Shown: piece by piece, positions 7,647 through 17,078 of the stretch
Position numbering within the stretch: position 1 is the stretch's first letter
Layout of the letters: each line of letters starts with the position of its first letter
DNA from: Candidatus Fermentithermobacillus carboniphilus
Lineage (GTDB): Bacteria > Bacillota > Sulfobacillia > Fermentithermobacillales > Fermentithermobacillaceae
NCBI GenBank assembly: GCA_018208355.1
Contig: CP062796.1
Location: 621,217-685,216 of the forward strand
Length of the DNA: 64,000 nucleotides
Direction: 5' to 3'
Notes under the pieces: model-generated
The model's database searches: none
Seen by the model: only the letters and a program-made list of their open reading frames with translations
What the model was told of the DNA's origin: nothing
Translations under genes and position numbers: made by a program

Positions 7647-7690
7647 AAAGACAAAGACCTCTACCCCGACTTTTCACGGGATAAAGGTCT
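7647..7690 (-). terminator. Riboswitch-controlled terminator in the oadB leader
   Basis: AGACCTTTATCCCG...CGGGGTAGAGGTCT followed by TTGTCTTT; it shares its 5' arm with the aptamer P1 strand. Confidence 0.75.
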
Positions 7691-7812
7691 CACTTTAGTA
7701 GGTTCCGCCGGGCCATCGGCCGTGCTGACGGCGGATACCACCCACCCGGTTCCTCTCTGCTCCGCCGCGGAGACCTCGAAAGGCCCCCGGATGGGAAGTT
7801 ACTCCCCTTTAT
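7681..7812 (-). ncRNA. yybP-ykoY (Mn2+-sensing) riboswitch
   Basis: ATAAAGGGGAGTAAC ... GCCGTCAGCACGGCC-GAT-GGCCCGGC ... GTGAGACCTTTAT matches the P1/L1/L3 hallmarks of the family. Confidence 0.88.
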
Positions 7813-7829
7813 CTGCTCCAGACACTAAC

Positions 7830-7860
7830 AGTATATCGGGACAACCCTCCCGCCTGTCAA
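7830..7860 (-). promoter_or_regulatory. Sigma-A promoter for the riboswitch-oadB transcript
   Basis: TTGACA-N19-TATACT. Confidence 0.55.
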
Positions 7861-7919
7861 TACAACAAAGCGCGCTGCCCAAGACCTAAACGCAACGGTA
7901 TCGGTGCTTCGGTCGAACG

Positions 7920-9701
7920 TCACTTTACGCTCGCCACTCCTCTATACACAACACCTCTCGCTGCGTCCACAGTGACCACGTCCCCGTCCTTCAGGTGGCG
8001 CGTGGCACTCTCGGCGCCGACCACTGCCGGGATTCCTAGGTGCAGGGCCGCGATGGCTCCGTCAGAAGTCAAGCCACCCTGTTCGAGGATGAGGGCCGAC
8101 GCGTGTCGCAACGAGTGCATGTAGGTCTTGTCGGTAGACGGGGCCACGAGGATACACCCCGGGGTCACCTTAGAAGCAGCCTCCTGGCCGGTCATAGCCA
8201 CGACCACTCTCCCGGATACGGCTTTCTGCCCGATCCCGGTGCCTTTCAGCACCACACGGCCCACCGTCCGGATTTCCATCACGTTGGTTGTCCCGGGAAC
8301 ACCCTGGGGCACGCCTTTAGTGACTACGCAGAGGGCCCCATCTTCGATCAATCCCTCCCGGCGTAGGGCCTCTATGGCTAGGTCAGATACGTCTTTAAAC
8401 TCCGGCACCACGGACCCCGCTTCACGCAGGTGAGGCACCAGAACCGTCTCGACTCCCCAGACGCACGTTAGGTGGCCGCACGTTTCGTCATGAGGAGTAA
8501 CTGCGAAAACAGGCACCCTGGGCCTAAACCGGGCAACCATCCTGGCGGTATATCCCGATTCGGTCGGAGTTATGATGGCCGACGCTCCCAGATCTGCGGC
8601 GGAAATAACCGCTGACCTCGAAACCGCTTCCGTGACGTTTGAAGGGAAACCGGTTTTCAACCGGGAGAGAAAAGCATCCTGGTCGAGGACCTCCTCAGCT
8701 CTCAAAGCGATCCTCGCCATGAACTTCACCGCTTCAACCGGATACTTCCCTGAAGCGGTTTCAGCTGAAAGCATGACGGCGTCGGTCCCGTCGAATATAG
8801 CGTTAGCAACGTCAGATGCTTCAGCCCTCGTCGGTCTAGGGTGTTCCACCATAGATTCCAGCATCTGCGTGGCGGTTATCACTGGTTTCCCCAGTCTGTT
8901 GGCAGCCAGGATCATCCTTTTCTGGAGCACGGGTATTTCCTCGGGAGGATATTCCACTCCGAGGTCGCCCCGGGCAACCATGAGTCCGTCAGCCGTGGCC
9001 AGTATTTCGTCGAGGGCTTCAACGCCCTCTACAGACTCGATTTTCGCTATTATCTTCGCTGAAGAGCCGGCCTCTTCGAGGACGCGCCTCACGTCGAGTA
9101 CATCTTCTGCAGATCGCACGAAAGAGGCCGCCACGAAATCGATTCCCCGCCGCGCACCGAACAAGATGTCGCTTTTGTCTTTTTCATCGACGGCGGGAAG
9201 TCCCTTGAGTCTCACGCCCGGCAGCGACACCTTTTTCCGGTCAGATACGACTCCGTCGTTGAGGACCCTCGTGATCACCCTGTCTCCTCTAGCCTCGACG
9301 ACTTCCAGCTGTATGTTCCCGTCGTCCAGGAGAATCGTTGAGCCTCTAGCCACAATATCGGGAAGGCTTTTCAACGAAACAGAGGCCATTTGGCTATTTC
9401 CCATAATCTCCTCTGTGGTCAGTTCGAAAATTGAACCTTTTTCAAGTCTCGCGCGCCCGCCTTCGAACCTTCCCAGCCGGATCTCTGGTCCACGGGTATC
9501 TAGCATGATGCCTATCCGTTTCCCGGCGCGCCTGGATGCGCGTCTCACGAGCTCCATCCTTTTTCCATGTTCTTCCTGGGTGCCATGAGAGAAATTAAAC
9601 CGCGCCACATCCATACCGGCGAGAACCATCTGGTACAGTATCTCCTCGTCCTCACAAGCAGGTCCCAAAGTACAGACAATTTTGGTCCGTCTCCGTCTCA
9701 T
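7920..9701 (-). CDS. pyk: Pyruvate kinase with C-terminal PEP-utiliser-like domain
   Basis: TKIVCTLGP, MVARGDLGVE, ATQMLESM, DAVMLSAETA. Confidence 0.97.
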   Translation of the reverse strand: MRRRRTKIVCTLGPACEDEEILYQMVLAGMDVARFNFSHGTQEEHGKRMELVRRASRRAGKRIGIMLDTRGPEIRLGRFEGGRARLEKGSIFELTTEEIMGNSQMASVSLKSLPDIVARGSTILLDDGNIQLEVVEARGDRVITRVLNDGVVSDRKKVSLPGVRLKGLPAVDEKDKSDILFGARRGIDFVAASFVRSAEDVLDVRRVLEEAGSSAKIIAKIESVEGVEALDEILATADGLMVARGDLGVEYPPEEIPVLQKRMILAANRLGKPVITATQMLESMVEHPRPTRAEASDVANAIFDGTDAVMLSAETASGKYPVEAVKFMARIALRAEEVLDQDAFLSRLKTGFPSNVTEAVSRSAVISAADLGASAIITPTESGYTARMVARFRPRVPVFAVTPHDETCGHLTCVWGVETVLVPHLREAGSVVPEFKDVSDLAIEALRREGLIEDGALCVVTKGVPQGVPGTTNVMEIRTVGRVVLKGTGIGQKAVSGRVVVAMTGQEAASKVTPGCILVAPSTDKTYMHSLRHASALILEQGGLTSDGAIAALHLGIPAVVGAESATRHLKDGDVVTVDAARGVVYRGVASVK

Positions 9702-9782
9702 CGGTAATCCCCCACCGGCTGTCAATTTTCATTTCGCACAAAATGCGCCTCTCCGGACGCTCCTGGGCACGCTTATGCATTT

Positions 9783-10745
9783 TCAGCGGGCAAGATCCTC
9801 GGCAAGCCTGTAAAGTTCCATGTCTATTTCTTTCTTTCCCTCAAGGACCTTCTCCATGGGGGTGGTAACGAGCTCCGTACCCCGTATGCCGATCATGAGG
9901 CCGCTTCCTCCCTCATATAAGACATCAACGGCTTTGGCTCCCAGCCTGGACGCCAGCAACCGGTCGAAAGCGGTGGGAGTACCCCCTCTCTGTACGTGCC
10001 CTAGCACTGTAACCCGGATCTCCGTCCCCATACACTGCTCGATTTGCCTGGCAACGTCGAAACCCTTACCGGCACCTTCGGCGACCACGATGATGCTGTG
10101 TTTCTTCCCTCTCTCGAGTCCTCTCCTCAATCTGCTGCAGATCTCTTCGATTTCAAGAGGAACTTCCGGAATCAGTATGCTTTCGGCTCCTCCTGCCACC
10201 CCCACGGCGAGGGCCAGCTGACCCGAGTGCCTTCCCATTGTCTCAACCACGAATATCCGTTCGTGAGAGGTGGCCGTATCCCGCAGCCGGTTTACAGCCT
10301 CGACTCCGGTGTTTACGGCGGTGTCAAATCCTATGGAATAATCAGTATAGGGGATGTCGTTGTCAATCGTGCCAGGAACGCCGACCGCCCTCACGCCTCG
10401 CCGGTTGAGCTCTACCATGCCGCGAAAGCTGCCTTCTCCGCCTATCACGATAACCCCGTAAAGACCAGCTCCTCGAATTCTGGCAGCGGCAAGGTCCTGT
10501 CCCTCAGGTTGCATGAATCTTTCAGATCTCGCGGTATGGAGGATGGTCCCGCCACGATGAATGATGTCGGCGACCGAGCTCACGTTCATCGGGTACATGT
10601 CGCCGTCTAAAAGCCCATCATATCCTCTCCGAATCCCGTAAACCTCGAGCCCCAGCGAAATGGCCCTGCGCACAACCGCCCTTATGGCGGCATTCATCCC
10701 GGGTGCATCCCCGCCGCTGGTCAGAACCCCAATCTTCAACTTCAT
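9783..10745 (-). CDS. pfkA: 6-phosphofructokinase
   Basis: TSGGDAPGMNAA, PGTIDND, ETMGRHSG, LGHVQRGG. Confidence 0.97.
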   Translation of the reverse strand: MKLKIGVLTSGGDAPGMNAAIRAVVRRAISLGLEVYGIRRGYDGLLDGDMYPMNVSSVADIIHRGGTILHTARSERFMQPEGQDLAAARIRGAGLYGVIVIGGEGSFRGMVELNRRGVRAVGVPGTIDNDIPYTDYSIGFDTAVNTGVEAVNRLRDTATSHERIFVVETMGRHSGQLALAVGVAGGAESILIPEVPLEIEEICSRLRRGLERGKKHSIIVVAEGAGKGFDVARQIEQCMGTEIRVTVLGHVQRGGTPTAFDRLLASRLGAKAVDVLYEGGSGLMIGIRGTELVTTPMEKVLEGKKEIDMELYRLAEDLAR

Positions 10746-10963
10746 GCCCTGGCAGTTCCCACAAGCTGCATGATGATAGAGTGGGCCTCCCTGGCCTCGA
10801 TTTCCGGAACGAGAAGTTCAACATGACGGGCAAATTTTCCGTCTCCGGAGTTGCAGTTCCGTAACATGACCAGGAGGCCTTCTCTCGCCAGCCTGTTCTT
10901 CATGTACTCAGCCTCTTTCCAACCCGATGCAACATAGATCACGGTCCACACAGGCAGGCCCAT
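10742..10963 (-). CDS. Small conserved protein (DUF2007-like)
   Basis: WTVIYVA...EAEYMKNRLAREGL...VELLVPEIEAREA; overlaps the pfkA start (ATGA). Confidence 0.65.
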   Translation of the reverse strand: MGLPVWTVIYVASGWKEAEYMKNRLAREGLLVMLRNCNSGDGKFARHVELLVPEIEAREAHSIIMQLVGTARA

Positions 10964-11009
10964 GCGCCCCCCAAAGGGTCGGGACTGAGGGCTTCCCCCC
11001 TTCCTGTTT

Positions 11010-14000
11010 TTAGATTGTCTCAGGATTGACGGTTTTGTGCAGTTTATCTATTTCCGTTACGTCTTTTGCCAGTATTCGACGCACTTCCTCCTGTTCCTCC
11101 ATATTCCCCTCGATTATCACCACCTTCTCTTTGGACAGGAACATCTTGGCCCTCTGCCACAGCTTGGGAAATATTATGGCCTCGATTACGCCGAATTCGT
11201 CTTCAACGGTCAAAAACGCCATCTCTTCACCGGCCCTGGTAGTCACCTTTTTCAGAGAAGATACCCTGCCTCCGACTCTCACTTCACTTCCATCAGGGAC
11301 ATTTTCAAGTTCGTTTATTGGAATCGTCCTTTCGCGCAAGATTTCTCTGTATTTTTCCAGAGGGTGCCCGGAAAAGTACATCCCGAGGAGCTCTCTCTCC
11401 CAAGCCAGCTTCACTTCTAGCGGTACCTCTTTCCGAGATGCCCGTGACTTTCCTTCATCTGAGAAGTCCTGAGTTCCGGCCCTTGTGGCTCGCTTCGGGT
11501 CCGTCAAAGGAAGAGGTTCCGGGTAGGGGAACAGCGACTGCATCTGGGCGGCTGCGGCAAAGTCGGAGGGCCTCTCTGAAGAACCTTCAGGTAACGACGA
11601 ACCGGGCAGAGGTTCCCCGAAAAGAAATAGCTGATTCTGGGATTGTCTTTTGCGCTGATTCAAGACTCTATCCATTTCGGCAAGGTTCGAAAAGCGGGTC
11701 CCGAACTCGTCACAGGCGCCGCTCTGTATCAGACTTTCCAGCGCTTTCCTGGTTAGATGATGACTTCCGACCCTGAAAACCAGGTCTTCCAGGGAAACAA
11801 ACTTCCCCCGGCGCAACCTATCTTCCAGAATCGTCCGGGCCAAGTTGTCCCCTACATTCTTTATGCCGCCAAGACCATACCTGATGCCTCCATCTTCCAC
11901 TGAAAACTCGACCTTGCTGTGGTTGACGCTCGGCCCGAGCACCTTGAGCCCCAACCTCTTGGCCTCTTCCAAGTAGACTCCAACCTTCGCCTGGTCGCCT
12001 CTTACGGATGAGAGGAGAGCCGCCATGAACTGCGGCGTGAATCGAGCCTTTAAATACGCAGTCTGGTACGCTAAAAGGGCGTAAGGCGCCGCGTGATTCT
12101 TATTGAACCCGTAATTTGCAAACTTCAAAATGAGGTCGTATATCTCACGGGCGGTACTTTCGGGTATCCCTCTTTCGGTGGCTCCCCTGAGGAACTTTTC
12201 CTCCATCTGAACCAACAGGTCACGCTTCTTTTTCCCCACAGCCCTTCTCAGGATATCCGCTTCCCCCAGGCTGAACCCGGCGACGGCTGAAGCGATTTTC
12301 AGTATCTGTTCCTGATACACCAGGACCCCGTAAGTCTCCTTGAGCACTCCTTCCAGGATGGGATGGAGATAGCGTGGGGTACCGAACCGCGCCCGTATGA
12401 ACTCGGGGATCTGTTCCATCGGGCCGGGCCTGCAGAGGGCGACAGCGGCCACGATATCTTTGAACTCCCGGGGCTTGAGCTCTTTTAAGAAGTCTCTAAC
12501 CCATGAAGACTCAAGCTGAAACACCCCCAAAGATTCTCCCCGGGAAAGCATCTCGTAAGTCTTCGGGTCATTCAGCGGGATTTTATCCAGGTCAATCGGC
12601 TCACGAAGTTCCTCGTTAACCAGGTTTTTTGTTTTCTCAATGACCGTAAGGGTCCTCAAGCCCAAAAAGTCCATCTTAAGGAGCCCCAGTTCCTCGAGGT
12701 TCTCCATGGGATACTGGGTAACCACTGCGCCGTCCTGGGTCTTGGCAAGAGGTACATAATCCCAGAGGGGACCCTTCCCTATTACGACGCCCGCAGCGTG
12801 GACGGAAGAGTGTCTGGGTATACCTTCGAGCTTGAGTGCGGTCTCGATCAGGTTTTTGACCTCCGGCCTCTTCATGGCATCTTTTAAGTCGGGGACGATT
12901 TCCAGAGCCCTTTCAATGGTCATGCCCGGCTGAAACGGGATCAACTTGGCTATCCTGTCGACCTCACTGTAGGGGAGGGCCAGAGCTCTACCCACGTCTC
13001 TCACGGCAGCACGGGCCGCCATGGTGCCGAAGGTTATTATCTGGGCCACCCTGTCTTTTCCGTACTTTTGACGGACGTATTCGATCACTTCATCTCTGCG
13101 ATCGTCCTGGAAATCGATATCGATGTCGGGCATGGTAACTCTCTCAGGATTCAAAAACCTTTCAAAGACCAGGTCATGCTCAACCGGGTCAATATTTGTG
13201 ATCCCGAGGGAGTACGCCACGAGACTCCCCGCGGCGGATCCCCTGCCTGGTCCCACAGCTATGCCCCGGCTTTTCGCGTACGAGACGAAATCAGCCACGA
13301 TCAGGAAATAGGAAGAGTATCCCATCTTCTCGATCATCGAAAGCTCGTATTCCAGGCGACTCTCTCTTTCCGGGTCGCGTCTCCCGGCAAGTCGTTCCCG
13401 CAACCCGGCTATAGCCTTTTGCCGAAGATAGGAATACGCCGTCTCGCCCTCGGGGACCGGAAACTCGGGCAGGTAAATCGAGGAAAAATCCAATTCCACC
13501 CTGCACCTTTCCTCGATAAAGACTGTATTTGCCAGGGCAGAAGGCACATCGCTGAAGGCTTTTTCCATTTCGGCTGGCGATTTTAAGTAGAACTCGTCCC
13601 CGGGAAACCTCAGCCGCTTCGGGTCATTGATACTTGTGGCCGTCTGAATAGCCAAAAGCACGTCGTGATACCGTGCGTCTTCTTTAGAAAGGTAATGGCA
13701 GTCATTGGTCGCTACCAGGGGCACGCCGTTTTTCTTCGAAAGCTCCACAAGTCCCTCATTAAGCAAGTCCTGACCCGGAACACCGTTGCGTTGAAGCTCG
13801 ATGAACACGGATTCTTTCCCGAAAATATCGCGGTAGCGTCCAAGACTATCACGGGCTTCTTTCGGCCGTCGCTGGAGGAGAAGCGAAGGGACCTCTCCCT
13901 CGGGACACGCCGTGAGAGCAATGATGCCACGGGAGTACCGGGCAAGAGTCTCCAGGTCCACCCGCGGACGGTAGTAGAACCCCTCCAGAAACCCAATTGA

Positions 14001-14315
14001 CACGATCTTCATGAGGTTCCGGTATCCTTCATTGTTTTCGGCGAGCAGGACCAGGTGGTAAGGGTTATCCTTCAACCCATCATTCTTGGCGAACCGGGAG
14101 TCTTTTGCTACGTATACCTCGCACCCGATGATGGGGTTCAGGCCCTGAGCCTTACACGCATTGTAGAAATTGACCACGCCGTACATGGTTCCGTGGTCAG
14201 TGATAGCCAGAGATCTCATCCCCATGCTTTTGGCGGCACGACAGACCTCGCTGATCCTGCATGCTCCATCGAGCAGGCTATATTCGGTATGAACGTGAAG
14301 GTGACAAAATCTCAT
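11010..14315 (-). CDS. dnaE: DNA polymerase III alpha subunit
   Basis: HLHVHTEYSLLDG, GRGSAAGS, MPDIDIDF, YGFNKNHA, C-terminal OB fold. Confidence 0.97.
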   Translation of the reverse strand: MRFCHLHVHTEYSLLDGACRISEVCRAAKSMGMRSLAITDHGTMYGVVNFYNACKAQGLNPIIGCEVYVAKDSRFAKNDGLKDNPYHLVLLAENNEGYRNLMKIVSIGFLEGFYYRPRVDLETLARYSRGIIALTACPEGEVPSLLLQRRPKEARDSLGRYRDIFGKESVFIELQRNGVPGQDLLNEGLVELSKKNGVPLVATNDCHYLSKEDARYHDVLLAIQTATSINDPKRLRFPGDEFYLKSPAEMEKAFSDVPSALANTVFIEERCRVELDFSSIYLPEFPVPEGETAYSYLRQKAIAGLRERLAGRRDPERESRLEYELSMIEKMGYSSYFLIVADFVSYAKSRGIAVGPGRGSAAGSLVAYSLGITNIDPVEHDLVFERFLNPERVTMPDIDIDFQDDRRDEVIEYVRQKYGKDRVAQIITFGTMAARAAVRDVGRALALPYSEVDRIAKLIPFQPGMTIERALEIVPDLKDAMKRPEVKNLIETALKLEGIPRHSSVHAAGVVIGKGPLWDYVPLAKTQDGAVVTQYPMENLEELGLLKMDFLGLRTLTVIEKTKNLVNEELREPIDLDKIPLNDPKTYEMLSRGESLGVFQLESSWVRDFLKELKPREFKDIVAAVALCRPGPMEQIPEFIRARFGTPRYLHPILEGVLKETYGVLVYQEQILKIASAVAGFSLGEADILRRAVGKKKRDLLVQMEEKFLRGATERGIPESTAREIYDLILKFANYGFNKNHAAPYALLAYQTAYLKARFTPQFMAALLSSVRGDQAKVGVYLEEAKRLGLKVLGPSVNHSKVEFSVEDGGIRYGLGGIKNVGDNLARTILEDRLRRGKFVSLEDLVFRVGSHHLTRKALESLIQSGACDEFGTRFSNLAEMDRVLNQRKRQSQNQLFLFGEPLPGSSLPEGSSERPSDFAAAAQMQSLFPYPEPLPLTDPKRATRAGTQDFSDEGKSRASRKEVPLEVKLAWERELLGMYFSGHPLEKYREILRERTIPINELENVPDGSEVRVGGRVSSLKKVTTRAGEEMAFLTVEDEFGVIEAIIFPKLWQRAKMFLSKEKVVIIEGNMEEQEEVRRILAKDVTEIDKLHKTVNPETI

Positions 14316-14400
14316 CCAGAATTTGCCTCCGAAGCTGTTAATTTTGTCCCACTTCATGTAAAATGTACGCAGACAATTCTGTAGAGAAGGTGAAGCAAAA

Positions 14401-14595
14401 GTGCCCTGGAAATTCTGCCCTGCATGCAAGCAAATCTCCTATTCCGCAGCCACACATTATACCTCATGGCAATGCCCCTATTGCGGGAGAGAGCTGAAAG
14501 ACGAGCCCGAGTATGATAGCCTCGAAGCCAGAGCCCTGAAAGACAAGCATTCTACTGAGGCAGAAACCCAGAAGCCCTCCCCTTCGATACAATAG
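14401..14595 (+). CDS. Small zinc-ribbon protein
   Basis: CPACKQISYSAA...WQCPYCG; AGAAGGTGA RBS before GTG. Confidence 0.7.
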   Translation: MPWKFCPACKQISYSAATHYTSWQCPYCGRELKDEPEYDSLEARALKDKHSTEAETQKPSPSIQ

Positions 14596-14653
14596 GACCA
14601 AGGTTGAAACCGTGACCCAGCTCCGGCACACGCATCTATTCGTCTTCCTCGAA

Positions 14654-15403
14654 TCAATTCTTTCTTTCCCGCGTAACTCCTTCACCGGGAAGGGAAGAGC
14701 ATATTTCCCTGAGGGAGCACTCGCGACATCGCGGCTTTCTTGAATGGCAGGTCTCCCTGCCGTGCTGGATCAACATCACGTGAAGCGGCAGTTTAATCTC
14801 GTCCGGGATAACTTCTTCCAGCACCGCCTGGGCTTTACCGGCCCCAGACCTTTCAGGCACAAGTCCCAGACGCCGTGATATCCGAAGTATGTGCGTATCT
14901 ACGGGAAATGCGGGCTTTCCGAGGCCGAAAACCAGCACACATGCGGCGGTCTTGGGCCCCACTCCCGGGAGCGATAGGAGATACTCGTAAGCCTCTTCTT
15001 TGGTTAAATCCTGTAACGGGGCAAGGGTGATCTCGCCGAAATCCTGACGGATTTTCTCTAGCGCTGAGATGATTTTCTTCGTTTTTTCGCGCTGCAGCCC
15101 TCCGTAAGATAGAGCCTTTTCCACGGTCAAAGGGTGGGCCTCCAGCACTTTTTCCCAGGTCGGAAAAGTTCTTTTCAGTTCTCTGAATGCTCTTTCGCTC
15201 AACGTATCGTTGGTTGCCTGAGATAGGATAGTGGCGACAAGGACATCAACGGGATTCCCCCGCGAAGGTTCAAGAAGTCTCGACGAAGCGTCCGGGTATT
15301 GCCTCGAAATTAGCTCGTATACCCGTTTCACTATTTCCTTAAGACGTTCTGCATTTCCAGGCTCATTAGCACCCGCGTTTTTCGCCAAATCCATCTGCAG
15401 CAC
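14654..15403 (-). CDS. nth: Endonuclease III family HhH-GPD glycosylase
   Basis: LLSLPGVGPKTA, FPVDTHI, C-x6-C-x2-C-x5-C Fe-S motif. Confidence 0.9.
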   Translation of the reverse strand: MLQMDLAKNAGANEPGNAERLKEIVKRVYELISRQYPDASSRLLEPSRGNPVDVLVATILSQATNDTLSERAFRELKRTFPTWEKVLEAHPLTVEKALSYGGLQREKTKKIISALEKIRQDFGEITLAPLQDLTKEEAYEYLLSLPGVGPKTAACVLVFGLGKPAFPVDTHILRISRRLGLVPERSGAGKAQAVLEEVIPDEIKLPLHVMLIQHGRETCHSRKPRCRECSLREICSSLPGEGVTRERKN

Positions 15404-15503
15404 CCTATCTGGTTGATTCTGATTCTGATTGTGATCCTGATGCCGATTTTGGTTCTGAATTGACTTAATTTGCGGCTATTCCGCGGACATCCTGGCGCAA
15501 AGC

Positions 15504-16973
15504 TTAACCGGTTTCCCGCAGCCCGGATTCCTTGTATCCCTTGTCAGGAATCTTCCTCACAATTTCTTTAAAGAGCCTCCCCCGCTCTTCAAAGTTCGTG
15601 AACATATCGAAACTGGCGCAGGCCGGCGATAGGACGACGGCCCACCCGGGCTTGGCTTTTGCGGTAGCCATAACGACTGCCTCCTCAAGAGAAGATGCCC
15701 GCGTGACGTCTGGCTCTTTTGCACCGCGCATCTTCTCCCATGCAGCGTAAATGGCCTTTTCAATTTTCTCCGCGGTCTTCCCGAGGGTGACGACGCCGCA
15801 TCCCCTCGAGACCACCGCTTCGGCAAGTTCGTCAAAACCGATCCCCTTATCATAACCCCCGAGGATAAGGACAAGCGGCCCGTCCAACGCTTCGAGGAGG
15901 GCAAGCGTACGGTCGGGAGAGGTCGCGATGGAATCGTTAAAATACTTTATCCCGCCCACTTCTCTCACAAATTCTATCCTGTGCTCGACTCCCCTGAAAG
16001 CCCTTATGGCTTTCCTGACCCCCTCGGGGCTGGCGCCCATGACCAGGGACAAAAGCGCAGCTCCCATGGCATTAGAGATGTTGTGGGTCCCGGGCACGAG
16101 AAAATCTCCCTTTTGGGCCAAACACACGGGGGAAGATCCGTCGAGGGTTGCGAAAAGACTGTCACCGTCAAACCAGGCAAAAGCGCGTCTTTTTCCACTG
16201 CCGGCATGTTCCCCTGTAGGAACAGCTCCTTCTAAAGGCCGCAGCGAAAACAGCCCGACGTTTCCCGGACATTCTTCGAGAGCGCCGCTTGTCACAGGAT
16301 CATCGAAGTTCAAGATGCACCAGTCGTCCCTATCCTGGAACCTGAATATGTTCTTTTTCGCCTCAACGTACTCACTGAAGCTTTCGTGGATATCGAGGTG
16401 GTTTGGCCTCACGTTCAGAAAGAGGGCCACGTCCGGACTCTTCTTCACGAGCTCCAGCTGAAAACTCGAAAGTTCCAGCACTACAAGGGCGTTCTCCGGG
16501 ATATCGTCGACCTCTTCTATCAAAACCGACCCGATGTTCCCGCCAACGTATACCGGGATGCCAGGGCAGCTTTCTCTGAGCATCAAACCTGAAAGAGTAG
16601 CGGTAGTCGTCTTCCCAGCGCTCCCCGTGATGCCAGCAACTCTGGCTTTGCACCTTTCCAGAAAGAGGGCGATCTCGGTAGAAATGATTGCGCCTCTGTC
16701 TTTTGCCTCGATTATCTTTTCTTGGTTCTTTTTCATGCCGGGAGTGAGAAATATGTACCGGAAAGACGGCAGAAGGTCAAGGTAGTCCGGGCCGAGGCTC
16801 CAGGCTGCCCCGTAAGAGAGGAATTCATCGTAGACAGGGCCCAGCTCTTCCCTGCTCTTTCTGTCAAAACATGTCACACGGGCCCCCTGCCTCAAAAGAT
16901 ACCGGGCAAGAGCTTGGTTGGATTTCCCCATCCCCACAATTGCGATTTCCTTACCCTGAAAGTCCCGGACCAC
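15504..16973 (-). CDS. murD: UDP-MurNAc-L-Ala:D-Glu ligase
   Basis: GITGSAGKTT, ELSSFQL, NDSIAT, LSPACASFD. Confidence 0.95.
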   Translation of the reverse strand: MVRDFQGKEIAIVGMGKSNQALARYLLRQGARVTCFDRKSREELGPVYDEFLSYGAAWSLGPDYLDLLPSFRYIFLTPGMKKNQEKIIEAKDRGAIISTEIALFLERCKARVAGITGSAGKTTTATLSGLMLRESCPGIPVYVGGNIGSVLIEEVDDIPENALVVLELSSFQLELVKKSPDVALFLNVRPNHLDIHESFSEYVEAKKNIFRFQDRDDWCILNFDDPVTSGALEECPGNVGLFSLRPLEGAVPTGEHAGSGKRRAFAWFDGDSLFATLDGSSPVCLAQKGDFLVPGTHNISNAMGAALLSLVMGASPEGVRKAIRAFRGVEHRIEFVREVGGIKYFNDSIATSPDRTLALLEALDGPLVLILGGYDKGIGFDELAEAVVSRGCGVVTLGKTAEKIEKAIYAAWEKMRGAKEPDVTRASSLEEAVVMATAKAKPGWAVVLSPACASFDMFTNFEERGRLFKEIVRKIPDKGYKESGLRETG

Positions 16974-17078
16974 CTGCCCCCTCCTCTAGAGCAACCTCCA
17001 ATCAAAGTTGAAAGCCAGGCGTGGCTACGGGCCCCGCCAGAGGAACATATCCCGTAGCCACACGACGCTGTGCGCAAA

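Noticed and set aside
8572-9588. Long antisense ORFs (for example 338 aa over pyk, 287 aa over iorA)
   Set aside because: Expected shadows of GC-rich coding strands; no recognisable motifs.
11010-14315. Inteins in DnaE (and in NrdJ)
   Set aside because: Lengths are near normal, and there are no C...HN splice motifs at insert boundaries.
15412-15462. Degenerate TGATTC hexamer run between murD and nth
   Set aside because: Short microsatellite-like tract without an ORF start or other support.
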